Virus record (IMG/VR): IMGVR_UViG_3300021137_000001
Location: 265,322-329,321 of that record
Strand: one strand, 5' to 3'
Length of the DNA stretch: 64,000 bases
A program made the translations under genes and the position numbers. Under the pieces are notes generated by a model. That model saw only the letters and a program-made list of their open reading frames with translations. It was not told where the DNA came from and did not search any database. Below are positions 1 through 9,994 of this stretch, piece by piece (position 1 is the first letter of the stretch; every line of letters starts with the position of its first letter).

Positions 1-713
1 ATTCTATGGTTAAGGGGATTAGCAACTTCGTCACGAAATACTTCAAAATGATGTTTGCCAACTGCTTTGTTAACTCCAGCATATACACCGCCTAGCGGAC
101 GATTTAAACTTTCAATACCGAACAGTTCGAAATCATTTTCATCTAATACAAATCTCGGTGCACTTAACCAACACATTAATTGACTGGGTCTACGCCACTC
201 TGGGGCATGAACAGCTTTACGCATGCTCAATATAAGAGATTCATATTCATGACATAATAAGTTTAATTGTCGAATATGCCATCGAACTCGGCTGTCTGCT
301 CGGTTATAAAATTCAGACATGCGGCCGCTAACTCCTTGTAAATCTTCAAAATATCTATGCAGATGATTCATCTTATCATGTACTACACCACCAATTTCTT
401 CAGTACCGTTGATTACTCCAGGAGATATAGTATTTTCCACAGTAAAATGATCGTTAATCTGATATCCAAGATTTGCTTGATTAATTGCCGCGATTGATAG
501 ATTAATTTGATTAGTTATATATTCTGCATTTCTGTCAGATTCAATAAATCCGTGAAAGCAATAATTTTTCTCAAGATGATAGTTTTGTTTGATTAATGTA
601 TTAAGCGCCGATAGCCATTTACGACTAAGAGAGTTATCATATACATCAATGTATATAGTAAGTATGTCGTTAGTTTTGTTATTTTTTAGATCAATTTCAA
701 TTTGATCAAGCAA
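1..713 (-). CDS. Hypothetical protein, partial (3' end lies beyond window start); continuation of the radical SAM operon
   Basis: Not in the ORF track. TTG at 713-711 overlaps the stop of 706..1995. Frame read by hand: MLDQIEIDLKNNKTNDILTIYIDVYDNSLSRKWLSALN...HRYFEDLQG...LNLLCHEYES...; open to the window edge. Confidence 0.75.
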   Translation of the reverse strand, partial: MLDQIEIDLKNNKTNDILTIYIDVYDNSLSRKWLSALNTLIKQNYHLEKNYCFHGFIESDRNAEYITNQINLSIAAINQANLGYQINDHFTVENTISPGVINGTEEIGGVVHDKMNHLHRYFEDLQGVSGRMSEFYNRADSRVRWHIRQLNLLCHEYESLILSMRKAVHAPEWRRPSQLMCWLSAPRFVLDENDFELFGIESLNRPLGGVYAGVNKAVGKHHFEVFRDEVANPLNHR

Positions 714-1995
714 TGTTTTTATACCACTCATATACTGCTGGTCTCTCTTTTAATATGTCTGCTAGTGTAAGCGTATCATTACGTATACTTTCTAATTGTA
801 ACACACGTTGCTTACCTTTGTCAAGCTCTTTCTTATATGTATCAGGCCATTGCTCGTCAAACGTTGGTCGTGATTTTAACTGTACAAGTACATCTTGCAT
901 AGCGCCGGAAGTCTGTGGAATTAGTTCGTCTAACCATGGATGTAGTAAGTCGCGTGGTAGAGCAAGGGGACTAAGGATAATGTCGGGGCTAAAGCTGAAA
1001 ACAACTTTAGCCAAGATGTCTACATTTTCTTCTGAAGCAAGGTTGGTAATGTTGATGATTTCGAACATACCGGGCAATGTGAGAGTGAAGTCGATTCGCA
1101 TTTGTCGACGATGAGTAGCTGTTTTAATTCCTTCACGGAAGTTTTCAAGCCATTGATTATAATCAAGTCCTGTTCTAATATATTCTCCAATTGCTCCCGT
1201 TCCATCAAGGCTGGCACAGATTTGCCAGTCGCGTAACCCAGATAAAATATCGCTGAAGAGATTGATACCACGATAGTTGACGCGGCTAAGATTAGTATTG
1301 TACCTTGCGTAAGCATGCTTGCCATCTCCTAAATCAATAATGCGTTTCATATAACGCCAATGTTGTTCGTACATTAGTGGTTCACCACCAACCCAATATA
1401 CTTCTTCAACTTGATGATTCTCGACTGCTTGAGCAAACTCCTGTTCTATTTGACTATCTTGAAATGCTGTGATCTCTTGTTTTACTTCTGGTTTCATCCA
1501 ATTATTCTTTGGGTTGTTCCAATTAATCATATTATGTTGTCGTTGTTCAGTTTCCCAAGCACTCGATAACATATCTCCGCACATGCGACACTTAAAATTA
1601 CATAAGTTACTAAATCTATAGTCCCAACTTACAGGGCGCATAGTTGTGTAACCTGTTGTATCTGTTGTCTCTTGTACTTGTAAATACTTATTACCAAACA
1701 TAGAATCAAAATAACTACGGTAAACTGATGTGTTCAATAGCTTGTCATTACACACTTCGCATTCAGGAAGTGTTTCCCCTGCCATCATACGCCGACGTAC
1801 TGACTTCATATGCTCACTGTTCCAGTGTTCATCTAAGGTAATTGGAATGTATTTGCCTGTGCCAGCTCGAGTATCGATATACTGTTCAAAGTTTTGCGCA
1901 GGCTCGCGACTAGCACAGCATATACGTCTTTCAGTTTGTGGTGAAAGATATGTGTGACACCATGCGGCAAGGCAAAGTGTACTAGGCTTCAACAT
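706..1995 (-). CDS. Radical SAM enzyme with N-terminal twitch (Fe-S) domain
   Basis: CxxxCxxC (SNLCNFKCRMC), GGEP, YNTN and ASLDG motifs; N-terminal Cys set CLAAW...ICC...CEVC. Confidence 0.9.
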   Translation of the reverse strand: MLKPSTLCLAAWCHTYLSPQTERRICCASREPAQNFEQYIDTRAGTGKYIPITLDEHWNSEHMKSVRRRMMAGETLPECEVCNDKLLNTSVYRSYFDSMFGNKYLQVQETTDTTGYTTMRPVSWDYRFSNLCNFKCRMCGDMLSSAWETEQRQHNMINWNNPKNNWMKPEVKQEITAFQDSQIEQEFAQAVENHQVEEVYWVGGEPLMYEQHWRYMKRIIDLGDGKHAYARYNTNLSRVNYRGINLFSDILSGLRDWQICASLDGTGAIGEYIRTGLDYNQWLENFREGIKTATHRRQMRIDFTLTLPGMFEIINITNLASEENVDILAKVVFSFSPDIILSPLALPRDLLHPWLDELIPQTSGAMQDVLVQLKSRPTFDEQWPDTYKKELDKGKQRVLQLESIRNDTLTLADILKERPAVYEWYKNIA

Positions 1996-3181
1996 AACCC
2001 ATTGCTAATGCAATTTCCTTATGTGTTGTTAGCATCGATTCTTTTCTAAATTCATCAGTCTGTTGCATTTTACGTAAGAATTCTGTGCCATCACTGCCGT
2101 TGCCATTTTCGATAAACTTAATGATACGCATAATTTCTGCTTTGTGTTTACTGCTAAACTCATGTGTGCGCAATCTATTAATAACAAGTTCTTTTGCGGC
2201 TGGTGTCATTCTAGCAATACACATGTGCCACGGGTCGTGTAACATATTAAAGTAAACATTATCAAATGTTTGTTGCGCAATCCAATCACATATCTCGGGT
2301 AAGTAATAAACGTTTTGTATGTTTATTGTTGTACATAAATGTATAGTTAATTTCTTACTTCTTAGTTCAATAAACTTAGCTATGTTTGCTTGTACTTCGT
2401 CCCACTTAGCAAGATAGCGTTCATATTCAAAACGTGCGCCCATATTGTCTATACTAAATGCAATCTCAACGTGCTTAAATTCTTTCCACACATCGGCAAA
2501 ATCTGGGAAGACAGTGCCGTTTGTATTGTAATGTATTTCAATATCTTTACTATAACCATGCTCTACTGCATAACGCAATAGTTCAAAGTGTTCTTTAATT
2601 AAGAATGGCTCACCTCCCGTAAATTCAAAGTATTTAATGTTTGGTAGCAGTGCTCGTAAGTTATCCCAAAATTGTGGATTCTCACGCGGCCATGCGCCTT
2701 GCTTAAGAAATGTATATGCTAAATGGTCTTTCTTTTTAACTTCTGGTAAGTATGCCATTTCTTCTTGTGCCCACGGACTGCTACTCCAGCTACCGCATAT
2801 ACGACATTTAAGATTACAAATATTGCCGAGCTTTAAGTCAATGAACCAAAGTTGATCAGGGTTAGTATTACTAAAGTCAACTTTATCATAGTATTCTTTA
2901 AGACGTATGCGACTGTTAATGCGCTTGCTTACTCTGCCTGCCGCCTCTTCGTCCCAACATCTTTTGCATGTTGCCGGTTGCTTACCAAGTAAAAACTCTT
3001 GACGCAGGTCTTGCATATATCCACTTTGATATATTTGTGTAAGTGTGTGTTTGTTTAAATCGTACTTGACACCAGCTGCATCTGTTATCTCATCTATAGC
3101 AAGACAACAAGGTCGACTTGTACCAATTGGACTAGTTTCAATACTAATCCAAGGTAGCATGCATATTTTACTTGACAACAT
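1982..3181 (-). CDS. Radical SAM enzyme with N-terminal twitch domain
   Basis: CMLPW...PCC...CKRCW twitch-type cysteines; GNICNLKCRIC; TGGEPF; YNTNG; FSID. Confidence 0.92.
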   Translation of the reverse strand: MLSSKICMLPWISIETSPIGTSRPCCLAIDEITDAAGVKYDLNKHTLTQIYQSGYMQDLRQEFLLGKQPATCKRCWDEEAAGRVSKRINSRIRLKEYYDKVDFSNTNPDQLWFIDLKLGNICNLKCRICGSWSSSPWAQEEMAYLPEVKKKDHLAYTFLKQGAWPRENPQFWDNLRALLPNIKYFEFTGGEPFLIKEHFELLRYAVEHGYSKDIEIHYNTNGTVFPDFADVWKEFKHVEIAFSIDNMGARFEYERYLAKWDEVQANIAKFIELRSKKLTIHLCTTINIQNVYYLPEICDWIAQQTFDNVYFNMLHDPWHMCIARMTPAAKELVINRLRTHEFSSKHKAEIMRIIKFIENGNGSDGTEFLRKMQQTDEFRKESMLTTHKEIALAMGYVEA

Positions 3182-4481
3182 ATGATTTTAAATCTATAAA
3201 CTCAGGGAATACCTGTCGGAATCTTTCGTTACGATAAATGTCCATTTGTTCGTTTACTCGAAAAAATTCACTCAATAATTCACTCTTATCATCGGCATCC
3301 ATAAAGTGCAATAAACTCTGATATCCATTGGTGGCACGTTTTAAATAATCAGAAGGTGCTAACCATTGTATATGTTCTTCTATTTTTTCCCTAGCCCGAT
3401 CTTTATATACCTTAGGCAATACATCAATACGGTCGCGTTCGGATCCTTGTAGAATATTAATGTTCCAATCTTGTGGTTTAATAAATCCACGCTCAACCCA
3501 ATCTCTATGGAAATCTGTGATGTGTAATATATTATAGATACTAACAGTAGGACTTATATAAAAGTCTACATTAGGACATTTTTCAATCATGCGGCGGCGA
3601 TTATTTTCAATGTCTGCCCACTTAGTACCTTTGCGTATATATTCGCCTCGTTCACCCATACCATCTAAACTAGCACCTACACTAACACTATCAAATAACT
3701 GCCAATAATCTAATACATCTTCATTTTTAAGATTAAGTCTGCTAAAGTTTGTGTTGTATACTAATTTAACATCAAAGCGTTCTTGACGCACTAACTCTTT
3801 TAATACTTTATAATGTTCTTCCATGATAAGCGGTTCGCCACCGGCAAAGTAAATCTGATCAAGATACGGAATGTGTTGTAGCATTTGCACCCACATGTCG
3901 TTTTCTGTACGACCTGCAAACATAATTTGTGGGTGATTACGTGGACCAAACAGTTTAGTTTCTTCTGTGTACCAACTACTGCTAAACAAACTTCCACACG
4001 TTCTGCAACTAAAGTTACATAGATTACTAAAGCGTACATCATAGTAACGTAGTTTAAAGTCCTCTACTGTGCCGTTTGCTAGTGTGTTATCAACTAATGC
4101 AATGTGTTGCCCAAAGTTTTTATTTGAACTGTTGCGCATACTCATAAAGCCACTTGCTTCTTGCTCGTAGCACTTAGTACATTCTTTACACGATTTTTCT
4201 GTAAGCATGTTTGTACGCATAGTTTTATATGCATCATCATTCCATACTTCTTCCATTGTGTTTTGTTTGAAGTTACCAATTGGGTAATCCATTTCGCCGA
4301 GACAACAAGGATATGCTCGTCCGTCTGGGAAGCCATGCATGTGTATCCACGGGATTATGCAAAATGTATCACTATCAACTAATCTCGCAAGTTGATCTTT
4401 ACGTAAATCATCTTCGCTTATATAAACTGGCTTACGTGTATGATAGTTATGATTCTTATAATATTCTGTTTCTTTTGTCAA
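3168..4481 (-). CDS. Radical SAM enzyme with N-terminal twitch domain
   Basis: CIIPW...YPCC...GNFKQNTMEEVWN...CTKCY; SNLCNFSCRTC; AGGEPL. Confidence 0.92.
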   Translation of the reverse strand: MTKETEYYKNHNYHTRKPVYISEDDLRKDQLARLVDSDTFCIIPWIHMHGFPDGRAYPCCLGEMDYPIGNFKQNTMEEVWNDDAYKTMRTNMLTEKSCKECTKCYEQEASGFMSMRNSSNKNFGQHIALVDNTLANGTVEDFKLRYYDVRFSNLCNFSCRTCGSLFSSSWYTEETKLFGPRNHPQIMFAGRTENDMWVQMLQHIPYLDQIYFAGGEPLIMEEHYKVLKELVRQERFDVKLVYNTNFSRLNLKNEDVLDYWQLFDSVSVGASLDGMGERGEYIRKGTKWADIENNRRRMIEKCPNVDFYISPTVSIYNILHITDFHRDWVERGFIKPQDWNINILQGSERDRIDVLPKVYKDRAREKIEEHIQWLAPSDYLKRATNGYQSLLHFMDADDKSELLSEFFRVNEQMDIYRNERFRQVFPEFIDLKSYVVK

Positions 4482-5812
4482 AGTGTGTTATACCAGTTAG
4501 TTAATTGTGTAAACGTGTATTTAAAGTCTTTACCTCGGCGTTGGTCGTATTGCTGATAAAAATTCTTAAAGTCTTGTAATAAGTTGTTGTCAACTGTTGT
4601 ATCTTGTTGTAAGTAATCAATCAAACGTTTAATATGTTCAAGTTCATGCTCGTGTAATGCACTATTCTTACTATTGTTAACTAAAAATTCACTAAGCTCT
4701 TTACTATATATTGCACGTAGCTCAGCTGGTAGTATCATCGGACTTTGAAAACTAGGGAAGCGCAGTATGTTTAATGTAAATGACAATGCTTCGCGGCCAT
4801 ACTTCTCTTTAAGCTTCATCATGTTGTATAAAAATTCACTAAGGCTCGGCAAGCATAATGCGTTGATAGTACACATGACATGTATGCTACGCACTTTTTT
4901 ACTGTTAAGTAAGAATATTAAATTGCCAACCCATTGTTTCCATTCTAGTCCATCACGTATATACTCTGCATGTGTGCCCATTGACTCATTGCTAGTGTAG
5001 ATATCAAGTTCAATACCCTGTGTGCTATCGAGCAAGCGTTCAAGTATATCACGCTTAAAGCCAAGATTACTATTAATAGCAAGACGTGTAGTACTCGCGC
5101 CTTTGTGTGCTTTAAACCAATCGATTAAGCGCCACGTGTTATCTGACATTAGTGGTTCGCCGCCTGTAATGCGTAGCTCTTTTAATGTTTTATGTAGGTC
5201 TGTTTCCCACCATTTGAAGAATGCTTCCACATACGGATTAACTTCATTGAGTTTAAATAATTGACTGCTACTATGCTCGTGAGTAAAATGATTTCTGCCG
5301 TCTGAAACCAAATTGGTGTATGCCCCGTTCTGATGTATGTCTCTAACCCAACTAGTGCTAAAAGCAGGGTTGCAGTAAGAACAAGCAAACTGGCAAGTTC
5401 TGTCAAAGGCAATTTCCAAAGTTTGTAAGTTAACATCTTCGTTTGCAGGTAAATTGTATGCATCATCTAAGTCCTTATCGTTATAAATTACAGTCTTATA
5501 TACACGGTCACTAACTGCATCTGTGCTCATGTCTTCTATCTTCCAGCAGTAATCACAGCCCGCAGGTCGTTCTCCTGCTTGCATTTGTCTACGCTGTTCT
5601 TTCTTTTGCGGAGTATTATGTATTGCGCTTGGATTTGTTTTAATTGCTTCTATATCAATTGCATGAGGCAATGGGTGATGACAACTTGTAGTTTGTCCAC
5701 TTCCTAACCATATAGTAGCGTTGTACCATTTTGCCGCGCAGAAGCTAGCGGACTTAATGTCAATCACTCTACGCTTATATGCTAAATCTGTTTCGTTATT
5801 AATTTTCGGCAT
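4478..5812 (-). CDS. Radical SAM enzyme with N-terminal twitch domain (SCHHP subtype)
   Basis: CAAKW...SCHHP...CDYCW; DRTCQFACSYC; TGGEPL. Confidence 0.9.
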   Translation of the reverse strand: MPKINNETDLAYKRRVIDIKSASFCAAKWYNATIWLGSGQTTSCHHPLPHAIDIEAIKTNPSAIHNTPQKKEQRRQMQAGERPAGCDYCWKIEDMSTDAVSDRVYKTVIYNDKDLDDAYNLPANEDVNLQTLEIAFDRTCQFACSYCNPAFSTSWVRDIHQNGAYTNLVSDGRNHFTHEHSSSQLFKLNEVNPYVEAFFKWWETDLHKTLKELRITGGEPLMSDNTWRLIDWFKAHKGASTTRLAINSNLGFKRDILERLLDSTQGIELDIYTSNESMGTHAEYIRDGLEWKQWVGNLIFLLNSKKVRSIHVMCTINALCLPSLSEFLYNMMKLKEKYGREALSFTLNILRFPSFQSPMILPAELRAIYSKELSEFLVNNSKNSALHEHELEHIKRLIDYLQQDTTVDNNLLQDFKNFYQQYDQRRGKDFKYTFTQLTNWYNTL

Positions 5813-7184
5813 GGTATTTACACTCCTGCCAAAAATCTTTCATTTGTGGGAATGTGTTCAAAAAGTTTAATCCTCTACGTTTATCGTATTCATTAAAAAA
5901 TCTATAGAAGTCTGCACGTTGCGTTTTTAAATAGGTCGCATCTAAGTCAGCTCCTTGTTTCATCCAATCAAGATTACGTTCCATACGTTGTATCTCATAG
6001 TCTTTAAAGCCCTCAAAGTTATCAGCACGTTCGTCTGCTTGGTTTGTTCGCATAAATGTAACAACATCTTCTAATATGCGAACATAACTTGCTGGCAGTA
6101 TTTGTAAACTTTGATATGTTGGGCTACGTAACAGTGGCGTGTCAAACCATACACGTTGATACGTTGAGCTAAACTTTTTACGCATATTTAGAATTGATTC
6201 TAACAAGCGTTGCAGGCCAAGTATGTTTAAATTGTTCATTGTAATAATAAATGTTAAACTATTGCGATATGGAATATCCGTTAGGTATCGTTGAACATAC
6301 GACCCACATCTATTCCAGTCTAATCCATCCCGTATATATTCAGCATGATCGGCAATGCCCGTATCTAAACTAACATACTGCATAAAGTGTTCAATGCGCT
6401 CGCCTTCGCATAGTTGTTTAACTTTATCTAGATACTTATTAAACAACGCGGGTTCAACACTAAAGTTACTTGTAACATCAACGTGCAAATCACTTTTCGG
6501 CAAAGCAAGTATGTAATCAAACACACGATGCGTATTCTTATCCATAAGCGGTTCGCCACCAGTCATTCTAAAGTGTTTTAGTTTAGGATATAGCTCAGGC
6601 CACCAGGCCCAGAATGCATCAACATAGGGGTTAGCTTCACGTACTGGGATTGGCTTACGTCGACCTTGAAAGTGCTCAGGTGCATTGTGCGGAGTACTTG
6701 TTGGGTATGCACCCCAACGATCAATATCTTTGCCCCACTCTGTTGAATACTGTGGACTGCAATATGAACAAGCTAAGTTACAGCCATGACTGAAGTTTAC
6801 TTCAACATAACTTGGCACAACATCTTGGTCCCATGGTGCATTTACTATCGCTTCATAGTGTTCAGCCGCCCATGGTTCACCAGAACGATAGTGTCTGTCG
6901 CTTAGTTGCTTGTTATCTTCTGCACTCCAACAGTAACTACATTCTGCTGGGCGTGTTTGCTCTAGCATAAGTTTACGTTGCTGTTTCTTGTAGTCAGTAT
7001 TGTGTAGCGCACCTGGATTGAATAACAATGGCGCACTATCAATCTCGTGCAACGGAGGGTGATAACAACTGTTAGTCATGCCAGTTGTTAAATGCAAACT
7101 TACTTGTTGCCACTTAGCCAAGCAGAGTGCAGGTCCTAACTTGTCCTTCATTTCTTCTGCAGCTGACATAAAATTGCTACTCAC
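5799..7184 (-). CDS. Radical SAM enzyme with N-terminal twitch domain (SCYHP subtype)
   Basis: CLAKW...SCYHP...CSYCW; SHGCNLACSYC; TGGEPL. Confidence 0.9.
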   Translation of the reverse strand: MSSNFMSAAEEMKDKLGPALCLAKWQQVSLHLTTGMTNSCYHPPLHEIDSAPLLFNPGALHNTDYKKQQRKLMLEQTRPAECSYCWSAEDNKQLSDRHYRSGEPWAAEHYEAIVNAPWDQDVVPSYVEVNFSHGCNLACSYCSPQYSTEWGKDIDRWGAYPTSTPHNAPEHFQGRRKPIPVREANPYVDAFWAWWPELYPKLKHFRMTGGEPLMDKNTHRVFDYILALPKSDLHVDVTSNFSVEPALFNKYLDKVKQLCEGERIEHFMQYVSLDTGIADHAEYIRDGLDWNRCGSYVQRYLTDIPYRNSLTFIITMNNLNILGLQRLLESILNMRKKFSSTYQRVWFDTPLLRSPTYQSLQILPASYVRILEDVVTFMRTNQADERADNFEGFKDYEIQRMERNLDWMKQGADLDATYLKTQRADFYRFFNEYDKRRGLNFLNTFPQMKDFWQECKYHAEN

Positions 7185-8070
7185 GTGTCATTATGCCTGT
7201 GTTCTTAAATACGCTTTTGTAATGATGCTTAAAGAATCTGCTTTGGTCTGCATTTAATTGTGGTGCAGGTAGACCCAATCGTAAATTTAACGAAAGCGAC
7301 ATTTCCCCGCATTCCTCGACTAAGTTGTACACTTTATGTTGATGCCATATTCTGTTTAGTGCATCAAAGTCTTGCACTTCTCTATAATCCCAATCTGTAA
7401 TCATTGTCATGTATGTACCAAGTTTAGCACCATACATTGCCCAGTCGCCATTCTCTACATCCATACCTACATTGTGCCATATGCTTAAATGATCATAGTT
7501 GCGATTGTGTACCCGTTTCTCAAACTCTTGCAGGCTTGGCTTAGTACCTCGAGCTAAACACATTTTAACACCTTCCCTAAAGCCTGCTCGCCACGCTTGA
7601 TACGGAGTTGCGTTTGGATATGTTGTGCTGTAACAATCGTTCATACTCCAATAGCGTGGATCAAAACAAAACTCAACAGCGGTATCATCGTCACCGTTAC
7701 TTGCTTCGTGAGTACGCATATTGTTGACAAAGTCTTTAGTCCAACAACTCATGCCGCCATTGCCGTACATTAGTCCGTTTATTTCGTTACGTGCTTTCCA
7801 GCGAAATACCACGTCACTGTTTGTGTTATCAAGTTGTAATTGTAAATTGAAAAATGCAGGATCGGGTATATTATCGCCATCGATAAGAATGAATCTATCT
7901 GTATCCGATATCGCTGCGGCGGCTTTGTGCGCAGCGTCACTACCTTTGACTCCATCTACACGTTTGGCCCACGGTACCATATTTTGTATCTTAATCCAAT
8001 TTTGCTCTTTGTTTGGCTCATCGTATGTTAGCATCACACAATCTAAATCTGCAATATCAATTAGTGGCAT
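7177..8070 (-). CDS. Putative GT-A fold glycosyltransferase / nucleotide-diphospho-sugar transferase
   Basis: N-terminal strand LTYDEP, GVKGSDAAHKAAA helix, hydrophobic strand plus DxD (FILIDGD). Start placed at MPLID (track gives 8079). Confidence 0.65.
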   Translation of the reverse strand: MPLIDIADLDCVMLTYDEPNKEQNWIKIQNMVPWAKRVDGVKGSDAAHKAAAAISDTDRFILIDGDNIPDPAFFNLQLQLDNTNSDVVFRWKARNEINGLMYGNGGMSCWTKDFVNNMRTHEASNGDDDTAVEFCFDPRYWSMNDCYSTTYPNATPYQAWRAGFREGVKMCLARGTKPSLQEFEKRVHNRNYDHLSIWHNVGMDVENGDWAMYGAKLGTYMTMITDWDYREVQDFDALNRIWHQHKVYNLVEECGEMSLSLNLRLGLPAPQLNADQSRFFKHHYKSVFKNTGIMTRE

Positions 8071-8407
8071 AGTATTCAATCTCGTTATAAGTATCAGTTG
8101 GTTCTAATATTAATCCTGCGTGTTTCTTTACTACAGCATAACCCTCAGAGCTACTGATTAATTGTACATGATAACCGGGATTGTTGTCAATCTTTTTTAG
8201 TTTACCATCTTTAATTGTGTAGCAGAAGTAGTTGTCATATTCATCTTTGCTAACAACAATATACGTTGTATCGGATGGGTGATTTATCATTGTACACATC
8301 GTAATATGCCCATCTTCATAGTGTATTCTGTATTCTTTGACTTCTTCCACAGTGGGTTGCAACATTGCAAATGCTTCAGCTAATGTATCATTTGAGTTCA
8401 TCTTCAT
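8057..8407 (-). CDS. Hypothetical protein within the glycosyltransferase cluster
   Basis: 116-aa ORF overlapping both neighbours on the same strand; no motif recognised. Confidence 0.7.
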   Translation of the reverse strand: MKMNSNDTLAEAFAMLQPTVEEVKEYRIHYEDGHITMCTMINHPSDTTYIVVSKDEYDNYFCYTIKDGKLKKIDNNPGYHVQLISSSEGYAVVKKHAGLILEPTDTYNEIEYYATN

Positions 8408-9242
8408 ATTCCTTAACTAAAGCATCTGTTATCCAACTCTTTTCATGATAGTGAATGGGATGATATTGATTTGTATTTGCTATACGTATCATCGGTAAAT
8501 CTGTTTCGCACATTACTAATTCGGGCCATGGCGTACTTGTCCACTTGTTAATAGCAGGTTTCATATGTACAAAGTTAATAAAATCTGCGCTGGGCAATGT
8601 ACAATTTTCTATGCCCAAGATCTTTGCCGCTAGTGCATACACTACATCAGTAGTCGGATTATTATCGCGACAGTTAAGTAATACCTTATCGCGAATGTGC
8701 GCCCAGTTTCTAAATAGTTGTTCTGCTAGTGTAAAAAATTGGGTTGCTTCGCGTGTGTATCTAAAATACATTAGTCCATTGTAGGTGTCGGGCAATTCAT
8801 TATCGTCAAACAACTTTCTGTATTCACGTGATCGACTTAACTCTTGTTTATAATCTCTATAGCCAGTGCTTAATACAATGTTCTTTAATCTAAAAGCGGT
8901 CCACCAGTGTGCAATACTTCTAGTGAATACAATATCACTTTCAAGTTTAATTGTTTCTTTGAATGGTGTGAGATAAAATGCTTGCCATTCGTTACTTAAC
9001 TTCCAAGCTTCGTCTACGGCTAAGTCATTCTCAATTGTAATTACATAATCAAACACTCGACGATGCTGTTCGGTTACTCGCGCTAGTGTATTCTTATCAA
9101 CTGCAACTGCGTATAAGCTATTGGGCATTGTAAGTTTAATGCTCATTGCCTGCACGTAAGCAAGACGCAAATAATCGACATCTGCGGTGTTTTGCGCAAT
9201 TGTCATAAAGCCTTGCTGTGCTTGATGGGGTGTTATTCGCAT
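8388..9242 (-). CDS. Putative glycosyltransferase (GT8/mannosyltransferase-like GT-A fold)
   Basis: GFMTIA...YLRLAYVQAMSIK...TPFKETIKLESDIVF (DxD variant ESD)...NGLMYF...TTDVVYALA...FVHMK. Confidence 0.7.
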   Translation of the reverse strand: MRITPHQAQQGFMTIAQNTADVDYLRLAYVQAMSIKLTMPNSLYAVAVDKNTLARVTEQHRRVFDYVITIENDLAVDEAWKLSNEWQAFYLTPFKETIKLESDIVFTRSIAHWWTAFRLKNIVLSTGYRDYKQELSRSREYRKLFDDNELPDTYNGLMYFRYTREATQFFTLAEQLFRNWAHIRDKVLLNCRDNNPTTDVVYALAAKILGIENCTLPSADFINFVHMKPAINKWTSTPWPELVMCETDLPMIRIANTNQYHPIHYHEKSWITDALVKEYEDELK

Positions 9243-9994
9243 AAGGTATCTACCAATTTATCAAAGTCGGCACTTAATAAGTAATCTTTATCCATTATGT
9301 GTACGTTTTGCAGGGCAATGACATGTGCTATATTTTCTTCACGTATAATCATCTTTTCACCTGTTATTTCGATGTTTTTGACTAGTTTATCTATGGTTAG
9401 CATAGTAAAAGGGATACTTTGTGATAGGTCAGTAGTGTAACCACTAATAATATTGTTAGCAATTGCAAATGCGTAATCATTGCGAAAGTTGCGTTCTCTA
9501 ATGTGATACAACTTTTGATAATAAGCATAGTTACGTTCAATTCTGCCTACTAAGTCAAACAATGCTTTCGTTTTATCAGTGCGCTTAAATGTTATAGCAG
9601 TTGCCCACACATAATCTAAACTCATTTGCCCCATGTTGCCCGACATTGACATTGTAGGACTTTGATTGTGATGCATTAACTTGTAATCAATTGTAGTGTC
9701 AAGTATGTTTAATAAACTCGTATCAAATTGTAAATAATCGCTATCAAGTAATATAGTTTCATCATACGGACTAAGTTCATACGCACGATATCTACCACCG
9801 TTCTTCCATTGTGTTCCACCTGCGTGACCTGTTCTAAAGTTTTTAGCAGATGTAACGCCAGTATCTGTTATAATAGTAGTTGGTAGATTTAATGTGTGCT
9901 CAATCAGTCGTGCGGCTTGCTCAGCGATTTTAATGTAATCAACTGTATCTGTGTTAACAGCAAATAATATTACGCCCTTAGACTTTTCTTGCAC
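9233..9994 (-). CDS. Putative glycosyltransferase (GT8-like GT-A fold), paralog-like to 8388..9242
   Basis: KGVILFA...YIKIA...SPYDETILLDSDYL (DxD)...RNDYAFAIA...VHIMDK. Confidence 0.7.
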   Translation of the reverse strand: MQEKSKGVILFAVNTDTVDYIKIAEQAARLIEHTLNLPTTIITDTGVTSAKNFRTGHAGGTQWKNGGRYRAYELSPYDETILLDSDYLQFDTSLLNILDTTIDYKLMHHNQSPTMSMSGNMGQMSLDYVWATAITFKRTDKTKALFDLVGRIERNYAYYQKLYHIRERNFRNDYAFAIANNIISGYTTDLSQSIPFTMLTIDKLVKNIEITGEKMIIREENIAHVIALQNVHIMDKDYLLSADFDKLVDTLCE

